Origin: Nemertoderma westbladi
Taxonomy: Eukaryota > Animalia > Xenacoelomorpha
Assembly: GCA_032718475.1 (NCBI GenBank)
Contig: JAUCBJ010005447.1
Span: 1 to 48,108 of the forward strand
Length of the DNA: 48,108 nucleotides
Direction: 5' to 3'
Position numbers and translations under genes: made by a program. The notes beneath the pieces were generated by a model, which made no database searches, was not told the DNA's origin, and saw only the letters and a program-made list of their open reading frames with translations. Numbering within the stretch: the first letter of the stretch is position 1; each line of letters starts with the position of its first letter. Positions 35,111-44,991 of this stretch are shown here, in pieces.

Positions 35111-37204
35111 ATAATGATACAAAAATGTATTGTGGTACCGGTAGGTATGTTCTGACAATCTGATTTGCTAATAGAGCTAGGCCTAGGATAATAGGCAGTT
35201 GCATAGCAACGCGGGAATATCACTGATATTTTCCCGTGGGCAAAAAGTGATATTTTTTAGGTACTGTAGCCCACTATTAGAAGTGATATTTAACCCGCTC
35301 ATAAATGGGGAATAACAACTGTTATTCCCCATTTATAAACGGGTTAAATATCATTTCTAATAGTGGGCTACCTAAAAAATATCACTTTTTGCCCACGGGA
35401 AAATATCAGTGATATTCCCGCGTTGCTATGCAACTGCCTATTATCCTAGGCCTAGCTCTATTAGCAAATCAGATTGTCAGAACATACCTACCGGTACCAC
35501 AACACATTTTTGTATCATTATGCATTGTCTGAAATTGAAAGTACCAGACCGGTACGGTACGCTGCCTGTAGCCAGGCAGTGGGCTGACCAGACCAAGCTG
35601 CTTGGCATGGTAGGAGGCTTAATACTGGTGGTACCTGTGTGTGGTACTGTACGATTTGTTCATCACTTAATTGCTGTCCGACTGCCTGGAGGATAAAGCT
35701 GCGAAGCTCTGAAGCTGTGGACTGGTAGCGATACAAGTCTGTACAGCAGGCTACAGTAGGTAGGCCCTACAGTACATATTTCGTGCTCTTTTCTATCTTT
35801 ATGTTTAATATGTAAGTTGGACGCAGTCTTAAGGAAATGAATATTGATTTTATTTGAATAATAATAAAGCTGGCTTTAAATAAAACTGTTGTTTTGTAAC
35901 TACAGTATGCTAATGATTACGGTAATGTAACACGGAATCAGTCTTTTTTATATATAGGCCTAACGGAGATTTATGCGAATCCGGAATGAAAATTTCCCTG
36001 GCCACCTTCCTGGACTCGAACCCACAAACATCTGGAGTCAGAGACCCGAGTTCAAGGCTCCGATATAATTAAACTGTTAAACCACTACACAATGAATTTC
36101 CTTGATATTTATATGTCTACTATAAATGGTTCCGCATGCACCAATATGAAGTCCTAATAAATTATTAGTTTTTCTGTATTCGATATAAAGTAGGCCCTAA
36201 AGTGTTTCTGTCACGCAGGGGTCAAGTACAGGCATTCACAAGAACGAGCATAGCGAGTTAGTGAATATTCTCGAATGTCTCCTCAATAAGCTCAAATCTC
36301 TGTGAAACTGCGTCCTATCGAAGAACAATAAACACCGATGTTAGTCTTTATATCATGAAACTTTTAAATAATAACTCGTGAATGTGTCGGGAAACTCAAG
36401 AAATATTTCAGATCCTGGCTGACTAGGCTCCAAATGTCCCATTTAGATAGGGTGGGCACTGACTCACTATTTTTATCCAGTTTACAAAAGGTTTTAGAAA
36501 ATTATTAGGCCTATCAGTGGTCCAAAGTTAGGCTACCACTGTAGCATCTGCACCTGCTCTGCATGATGTGTTCTACAGTAAATATGGATCTGGCGCGCCT
36601 ATAGTTTATTAAAACATACTTTTTTCACCAAAATTAAATGATACATTTATCGAAAATATCGGAGGATGAGGGAAAATTTTAAATATTATTAAATATTAAA
36701 TTAAATTAATATAAAATTTTAATTTTCCGGTATCTACTGTAGTTATACAGTATTTAGTTATGCATTATTTAATCATTCTGAACGCACAAATACATTTTAA
36801 TGATTTAATATATATTGATATATATTTAATCCCCCCAAAATACCAAGCCCCATTTACTTCACTTGCCCCCAAACAAAACCCTTTTAGAAATGTTAATAAT
36901 GTGGAATAACACATTTATTGCCCGGTTATCAAGTTATTTTCCCTAATATTTTACCCTCGGGCAGGAAACCCTCGGGCTACGCCCTCGGGTTATTCCTGCC
37001 CTCGGGTAAAATATACGGGAAAATAACTTGATAACCGTGCAATAAGTATTGATATTTGCTTACTGTCTGGGATAGAAATAAAATTGGCAAGGAACATACT
37101 TCTTTGCAGTTTGGGCCTATCTATTCAATCAATAGTAGTAGCTTACTAAGCAGGCCCTCATGTACCGTGGCTGATTGCGGCCACATTTGAATTCTTATTT
37201 TTTT

Positions 37205-37465
37205 TCTAAAAAAAAGTACACTTAATTATTTAGACATATATTTAGCTGTACTTTTTTTTCTTCAAAAAAAAATACACCTAATTATTCTGACAAATAATTT
37301 GGAGTATTTCTTTTTTCTTTATCTAAAAAAAAATACACCTAATTATTTAGACAAATATTTAGCTGTACTTTTTTTTTTCTTCAAAAAAATACACCTAATT
37401 ATTCTGACAAATAATTTGGAGTATTTCTTTTTTTCGTTATCTAAAAAAATACTCATAATTAATTA
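37205..37465. repeat. AT-rich ~120-bp tandem duplication built from short hairpin subunits
   Basis: AAAAATACACCTAATTATTCTGACAAATAATTTGGAGTATTTC is repeated. Confidence 0.75.
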
Positions 37466-37599
37466 ATATATGTTATTGGAGGGAATTTTGAACCAGAAGA
37501 CAGGTACCCATACTGTAGGCCTACACTTACGCTGTATCAAACCATACAGCACTGCTGAGTGCACACTGCAGCAGTACTGTTGACCTAGGGTTCTTCCAC

Positions 37600-37690
37600 T
37601 TTGGTGTAGTGGTTGAATTGAATTCATATCTCCCGTAGGTCGTGGGTTCGATCCTCACATGGGCCAGGGCAGTTTTCGTTTCGGCACGAA
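37600..37690 (+). mobile_element. tRNA-derived SINE head
   Basis: Box A TGGTGTAGTGG (37602-37612) and box B GGTTCGATCC (37645-37654). No acceptor stem. Confidence 0.5.
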
Positions 37691-37825
37691 TGCTTAAAAG
37701 GGACCAGCCAGGGCGCATCTCTGTCTTGCATCCATAAGTGGCTTTGAAATTAATACTCCATATCTCAAGAACCTGTGGCCTAGTGGTTGTAGTCTCGGCT
37801 TCCACCTCGAGGTCCCAGGTTCGAA

Positions 37826-37879
37826 TCCGACACCACACTGATGAGACCCAGTAAGGTCGAAACGTGTACGTGGTTTGGA
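37826..37879 (+). ncRNA. Type I hammerhead ribozyme, copy 1
   Basis: CTGATGA 37838-37844; stem II GACC/GGTC; GAAAC; GTA cleavage triplet 37866-37868. Stem I ACCACA/CGTGGT has a mismatch at the core-proximal pair. Confidence 0.8.
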
Positions 37880-38190
37880 GAGATATGAGATATTAATTTC
37901 AATAAAAATTACGCGATTCCTAAATTTGTACACAACCCGGTTATAAAGTACGCATGTGATGGGATTAGTCCTACAATTGCGCCAATAAAAGATACGTTAT
38001 TTTCGGTAAAATAAATTTATCATTCGAGACCTCGAAAAATACAGCTTGCCAACACATTGTTACTATCAATAATAAAAAATCAGGGGCTAATAAAATGGCA
38101 GCTGGCTTAGAATATTAATAATCCATATCGCAAGAACCTGTGGCCTAGTGGTTGTAGTCTCGGCTTCCACCTCGAGGTCCCAGGTTCGAA

Positions 38191-38244
38191 TCCGACACCA
38201 CGCTGATGAGACCCAGTAAGGTCGAAACGTGTACGTGGTTTGGA
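38191..38244 (+). ncRNA. Type I hammerhead ribozyme, copy 2
   Basis: CTGATGA 38203-38209; stem II GACC/GGTC; GAAAC; GTA 38231-38233. Perfect stem I ACCACG/CGTGGT, extended by TCCGA/TTGGA. Confidence 0.85.
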
Positions 38245-38608
38245 GAGATATGAGATATTAATTTCAAGAAAAATTACGCGATTCCTAAATTTGTACACTA
38301 CCAGGTTATTTATCATTCTAGGTTAAGACCCCTAGATCCCTTTTAGGAATAGGCTGATACAGTGATAGGCTACTTCGTAATTGGGTTTTGCTATGGATGT
38401 CGGTGACAACTCTAACCATAAAGTTTATAGTACTACAATCGAAGATTCGTATTTCAAGGGATATACTTATTCAGAAACTCAGCGTTTATTGACCAATATA
38501 GGAATACATGTTTCTATTCGAATAATAAGAAGGGATCATAGCAGGCTTGGTTTGACCAAGCGATTTAATCCATTATATTTAACTTTAATTATTAATATTT
38601 ACAGTATT

Positions 38609-38886
38609 CTAATCGGCTGAAAATGTAGTAACAATATCCAAGCATCTCAACATAATTGTTTTAAATTTCACATAGTTTTCAACGACAGGGAATTGTAACG
38701 TAAGGGCACACGTATTAGTGAGTGGTAGATCGGTATACCACTCATTTCGATCATCGGCATGTAGAAACTCGACAGTCAGTGTGACAGGAAAGCCCAGCTG
38801 TGCTACTGTAGCGGCACCAGTTGCAAAAGACAGCATATCTTCCAGTCCCAAAGGCTGCTTAGTTGTTTCAGGACCAACTTCACCCT
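38609..38886 (-). pseudogene. Terminal exon of a G2E3-like HECT ubiquitin ligase domain
   Basis: LEDMLSFATG..LGF..VEFLH..LPLTNTCALTLQFP..YVKFK resembles the HECT C-lobe with the NTC catalytic Cys. Preceded by a TTTTTTAG acceptor. Confidence 0.65.
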
Positions 38887-38949
38887 CTAAAAAATAAATA
38901 TAATAGATAAATATAAATATAAATATAATAGATAAATATAAATATAAAT

Positions 38950-41900
38950 ATCTCCTCGGTCTGTGGAGCCGTTGGTAGGTAAACTTCTGGACATTAACGT
39001 CTCTATCCATATCCATGTCCTCCTCCCACCTTGGCATCGTCTCCCCAAACACTACCCGTGGTGCCATTCCCGGTTGCTCGCCCAACCTGATGATGCTCCC
39101 CGCGAAATCCATCGCTGGCTCCTCGTGCACCCAGGTCCGCTTGCCGGGTTTATCCCAGAAGGCCCTTGCCCCGCTGGCCATCACCACTCTCCCGCCCACC
39201 CAGTCTGTATCTGAGTGGCCAATCCTCTCGATGGGCGGCATCTCCCCGAACTCGTTGTCATCTTCCTCCGTCGCTGGGAGTGGATCCAGGCCCAGTATCC
39301 CGGTAGACCCACTGTGCCCCTTTCCGTCTTGGCTTCCACCCATAACTTTCCACCCTTCCTGTTCCCTTGGTCTCTTTCTCACGAAATTGCCCTCGGAGCC
39401 CGCTGGCATGGGCATCACTTGCAATCCCGATGTCGACTGTTTCAGTGATTCTTCCATCCATTCCAGCTCCTCCCCCAGAAACTCGCCCGAGCTCCCTGAT
39501 CCCCACCTCAGCTCGTCCAAGTTCTGGGCCTCGAACCCGTAATCCTCTCCCCTAATCTCCGCCTCTCTCTCATCTGCCTCCCTCCTTTCTTGCCTGGCGA
39601 CTTCTTCCAGTCGCTTCTCCTCGAGTCTATCCGCTTCCAGCTTCTCCCATCTCTTGTATGGTGTATCCACCTCTCTGTCTACTAGGTGCCGGCTGTTGTA
39701 GTACACCGACTCGCCCTTCAGCCCCGGGTGGTCTACCAGACCTTTGAAGGCCACCTTAAAGGCTCTTCTGTAGTTTAGAGGTGATCCTGATAGCAGAAAC
39801 GCTGTCAGCTCTCTTCCGATAACCACGGCCATGAATAGGTTTAGTAAACCTATCATTACCCAATCCTCCTGTAGGATATATCTCTTCTGATATTTTAACG
39901 CTCCTCTTCGGAACTGATACACCTCCTGTTTCCCTGGCCTCGCTCCCCACTTCAGCGAGTTCGCCAGCTTCGCTCCGTACTCCTCCCTGAACTTACCCCA
40001 GTCCATCGGCTTGTGGCAGACAAGGCCCATGAGCTGGCCCATCCCCACTGCTCCACAATATCCTGTGTTCTCTACCACTCCCAAAGTGCCAATTTTTCTT
40101 GGTTTTATTTATTTTTCTTATGTTACCATCCTATCTATCATCCTATCTACCTTGCTACTTCCTTCTTACTATGTACCCTACCATTACTATGCTATGCCTA
40201 CATACCCTTTACTTTCTTACTACGTGGCGCTCTTGGTGCCCACAACTTCAAACTTCTATGGAACTATAGACCCCAATACTGCTACTATGGTATACCAAAA
40301 TACCACACCCTTCACTCTCACTACGTGGCGCTTTCGGTGCCCACAACCCCTCTGATACTACCTCTATGGTATACCTACATACCATACCCTCTACTCTCTT
40401 ACTACGTGGCGCTTTCGGTGCCCATAACCCCTCTGCTACTACTTCTATGGTATACCTACATACCATACCCTCTACTCTCTTACTACATGGTGCTTTCGGT
40501 GCCCACAACCCCTACATCTCTCGGTACTATGTACCCTGCTACTATTCTCGTGGTATGTCTATATACCACACTCCCTAACTCTCTTTCTATGTGGCGCTTT
40601 TGATGCCCACAACCTCTAACTCTCTCAGTACTATGTACCCTGCTACTCCGGTACTATGTACCCTGCTACTACTCTCGTGGTATGTCTATATACCACACTC
40701 CCTAACTTCTTACTTCTTACTAACTCTTACTAACTTCTTACTAACTCTTACTAACTCTTACTAACTTCTTACTAACTCTTACTAACTTCTAACTCTCCTC
40801 TTACCCTTACTGACTTCTACTAACTTCCTAACTTCTTACTCCTACGGCACTATGTACCCTGCTACTCTCGTGGTATGTCAATATACCACACTCCCTAACT
40901 TCTAACTGCCTACGGTACTATGTACCCTGCTATTCTCGTGGTATGTCAATATACCACACTCCCTAACTTCTATCTACTTACCTAGTGCTACGTATTATCT
41001 ACTACTATTACTTTCTAACTTTCTACTACTTGTGTGGGAAGGGTGTCTCGCCCTCATTCCCAACCCCCTCAGTCCAACATATTGGACAACTAAACTTCAA
41101 GGGCGATTCTTCCAGCAGGCACTCTCCCACTGCCCCCCTGTAGGTCCTCTTGTCCTTCGCCCCACTCTCCTTGTCAATTCCAACTCCCTAGGAATTGATT
41201 ATCCCTCCTTCACCACCCTAAAATCAGGTCTTTCAGTCGCCTTCTTGATTTCCTCATGGTCCCCTGGCAGCAAAATGCCACCCTTCATCTTGTCGTCACC
41301 TGGCGGTAGAATGAAAAGAAATCGAAAGAATAGATAAAACAGAATGGATAATAGTAATCCTATCCCTTTCCACCCTGTCTTCTTATTTGACCTCCCCCTT
41401 TTCGGTATGCCTCTCAACCAGACCGGCGTCTCCGGGCATCTCGCCGTCCACTCTTTTCCTTCCTCATACCGATACTTGCCGGGGACATTCTTGTTCCATC
41501 CCATCGTCTCTAAGTCTTCCGCATCGAATCCATTCTCATCTCTCTTGCTGTTGCTTCCCCTCCTAATTCATCTACCGACGGTATTTCTCTGGAACTATCC
41601 TCTATCCTTTCACCACGCTCCACTATGCGTGGTTCCAGATCCATAACCAACTCCTGGTATCCTTCCCCGGGCCGCTTCTCATATGGGACCTCCCCATTGC
41701 CCGTCTCTGGTTTCTCCTCTACAGTGCCCAATAGCTTGCACCCTGATGTCTCCGAAACCCTGAATGGAATCTTGTTTTAATTGGGCCGCTAAGCATCCAT
41801 CCGAAAAGGGCGTGAGAATCGCCGTCGGATCCCGCTGCTTATTCTCTCCGAATATGGTCCTTACTCTCTCGTGGGCCGTTGGACAATCCATTCCGACTAT

Positions 41901-44900
41901 GATGGATACCTTCGAGACGTCCACTTCCGGTATTGAGAAATCGATATCGTCCAGGAACCGGTATTGCTCAACCTCGATCCTGGTGGGTCGCCTGGCGTTT
42001 ATATAAATGGATTCTATTATCTGAATGGGGTCGATGGTCGCCCCATAATCACTTCCTGGTGCTATTGCTGATATCTCGCACCGTCCCCGTTCTCATCCCG
42101 CGTTCCCGCACCGTTCTCATCTCCAGGACCTCATCCTTGCTCGAGATAGTAGTTACTGCCATCCTACTCAGCCTCATCTGTAACCCTATCTCCTCGGCCA
42201 CCCAATTCTCCACCAGCGTTAAGGCTGCTCCATTGTCGACCAGCATCAGTGTCGTGACTGATCGGCCGCCCTTTCCTGTTATCCTCTCTGGTACTACCCC
42301 GAGTAGTACTTTCCTCTTTCTCCTTCTCCCATCGTGCTCATAGCCATAGTTTGGCCTCCAGTCTCATCGTATCCTATCGGTATTTCTCTACACTCTCCGA
42401 ATCCGTGTCCTTCTACCACGCATCGATGACATAGTCCGTTTGTATCTGCGTAGGCTACACGATCTTGTTTAGGCAACGCTTGCCAATGCTTACAACTTAT
42501 GGTCTTATGGGTTCCATCCCTATGCAATTGACATTCGTATCCTGGATTATAGCATTCCTTGTATAGCCCTTCACAAATTGCGCGTAGATTCATATCTACT
42601 GGTTTAGTGTTTTGGTTATTTGGACTCGGCCTACTGGGTGTGTTGGGATTATATTTGTTCGTGTTGTTATTTTGTTTTTGTCCCTGCCACGGTGTGGCCC
42701 TACTCCCAGCTAACTGTGGACTAGCAGTCCCCTACGTGGCTGCATGTGGTAGTGACTGTCTCACTCTCGGGAATGGATCCGCCGGACTGTGTTCGGGTTT
42801 AGGCCTGTTGTATTCAGCTTTCGGTGCCTTCCCCAAACTATCCTCACTGTAGACTGGGTCTGTAATCAACTCTGCCTCATAATTGAGGGAGTTTGATATT
42901 TCCTCTAGGCCGGGTTCCGCACATTTCTTCTCCCAGGTGGAGAAGGCGATCTTCCTCCATTTGTTCCTTAGCCAGATTGGCAGTGCCTGCGCTATCGTGG
43001 TGATGTTATTCGATGCGTTGAGTTCGTAAGGTGCATCCAAGGTCTTCAGCACGATTAACGCCTTCTCGACCTTATTCGCGAAAGTCTTTATACTGACAGG
43101 GTTATCCTGTAGGCCACCCGATGTTATTCCCCTCAAGGTCTGCTGGATGATCTTGGCTGGGTGTCCGTATTCCCTGTCTAGGGCCCGCCATGCAGTCGTG
43201 AATCCACCCTCGATACCTTGATACTGGCTCACGATATCGTATGCTGGGCCCCCTGTGTAAACCTGTAAATATTTTAGGCACTCCGCCTGTGTCAGATTCT
43301 TAGTTAATATTTCATTACTGTACATGCGTCGGAATTGCAGGTATTCTTCCGGTCTGCTTCCATCGAATTTAAATGGCTCCACTGGTGGCAGCTCGATCAT
43401 GGTCTTAAGCGCATCAATGAATGTTGACATTCCCATCGCCTGTGCTTCCAGTGGGTTCGACGTATGCTGTACGGACTCTCCTGTTGTTGGGTGCGGTTCG
43501 CCCGTCGGGCCTGTCGATCTTTTCTGTGTCGGATATATCATTGGGGGTAACGGCCCCCTCCATCTCTCTGTATTGCACGATCTATTCTGGTCCGAGGGGT
43601 TTGGGGTTTTTGTTCTCGGCTGAGTGTATTGCTGATATTGTAATGGGGGAATGTCACCCTGTCCCCCCCCCCCCAACTGGTGTTATGTTTGGTACTGGGG
43701 TTGATGTTAATATATTGGGGCCCACACACCTATCGGCAACCTCCCCTGGGTATATGTTATATCCCTGCATATTATAGTCATACTAGTATGCAGGTACCAG
43801 TATAGGCCTATCCACTTCTTGCCTACCTACCGGTATGTATGCCGCAACTTCTGGATCTAATCCCGTTGTTCGCACTACCCTATCGCCTACACCATCTCTT
43901 CCAGCATGGCCTATAGTATGTGCAGTAAAGCCTACAGTATGTCCTGCAGTCTGCCTGTGTCCCTCCGGACCGAAGTTTAATCTTCTCGAATATTCCAAGA
44001 AGTCCTCCCCGCGACCACTGTACTCTCGATCGATCGGCAGCTATTTCACGTCGGGAAGTTTCTCTCCGATCCCCTCTCCTGTCCTCGTCCTCGTCCCATA
44101 TACTCGTGCCGGTATATCCTGTACCCTTCTCCCGGTGTATGGTATATCTCACCAGGCTGCATCTCTCCGGGGCGATGGCAATCTCCCGGAGTTCGACCCC
44201 ACTGACTCTCTAACTCCATCTCTGCTACCGACAGTTCGCTGTCCGTCCTTGCTCTCCGGTTGCTCGTAGCAACGCTTCTTCTATTCTCTTCACTTCTTCT
44301 CTCTTCAGTGTAGCGATCCCGATCATGAGATCTATCTTTGACCTCCCAGTTAAACTCCACTGTTCTTCTTCCGTCTTCCGACTGGGCTCGATGTCTCGTC
44401 TCTCGCCCGCTCACAGCACCAACCTCTCTCTCTCTACTCGGTTGGACGCTCCTGGGGATATTCGCAATCCCCCTACTATTCTCTATCGTTGAGTGCCGCG
44501 GTTCACCTAACTCGCCCTGCGCACCATCTGCCGATGACTGTGGGACATTCTTTGCCCCCCCCCCTCTCTCGCCACACTAATCTCTCGTGGTGGGGTGCCC
44601 GTAGCCCCCCCCCCCCCATTCGCCACTTCTTACTTCACTACCTCCTACTTCACTTCTACGCCCCTCTCTAGTCAATGCACTATCTCTACTCTGGCTGGGT
44701 CTACTCACCCCCGCCTCTCCCTGTCCGACTGCGTGGCCTTGCAGGCTCCCGTCGGGTTGGCCTACCCCCTCTACTCCCTGCCTAACTACTTGGCCGTGCA
44801 GACTCCCGTTGGGGTGACTCACCCCCGCTGCTCCCTGCCTAACTACGTGGACTTGCAAGCTCCCATCGGGTTCACTCACTCCCGCACCCGCTACTCCCTG

Positions 44901-44991
44901 CGTAACTACATGGCCTTGCAGGCTCTTGCTGGTCGGACCACCTGTGTCCCCTACATTCGTATTAATAGCACTGTTATCAATAATATTGTTA
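38950..44991 (-). mobile_element. Decayed, internally deleted relative of the BEL element (gag, protease, start of RT, integrase end, spacer, extra ORF)
   Basis: 42732-43676 is nearly identical in protein to the Gag of copy 1. LVDNGA protease. 38950-40084 matches the extra ORF. Many stops; most of RT-RH-IN is missing; no LTR in the window. Confidence 0.93.
40170..40975 (-). repeat. Complex tandem repeat spacer of the second BEL copy
   Basis: ~70-bp units with CTACGTGGCGCTTTCGGTGCCCAC, GGTACTATGTACC units, and a (CTAACTYTTA)n-like microsatellite. Confidence 0.85.

Larger units (their letters stand above)
30390..37059. repeat. Giant palindrome/foldback element centred at 35318-35319, interrupted by the P element
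   Basis: 30390-31577 plus 35119-35317 is the reverse complement of 35320-36489 plus ~36937-37059. Centre GGGGAATAACA-AC-TGTTATTCCCC. Confidence 0.92.
37739..38309 (+). mobile_element. Tandem tRNA-promoter/hammerhead unit (retrozyme-like), period 365 bp
   Basis: ~205-bp direct repeats 37739-37944 and 38103-38309. Each has box A TGGCCTAGTGG, box B GGTTCGAATCC and a hammerhead core. Confidence 0.8.

Noticed and set aside
30390-37059. Palindrome as a pure sequencing fold-back artefact
   Set aside because: The arms differ by many substitutions and by arm-specific insertions carrying their own TSDs.
37770-37840. Functional tRNA gene (TCC anticodon-like loop)
   Set aside because: Box A and box B are present, but there is no acceptor stem and the 3' side runs into the hammerhead. 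Treated as a tRNA-derived promoter.
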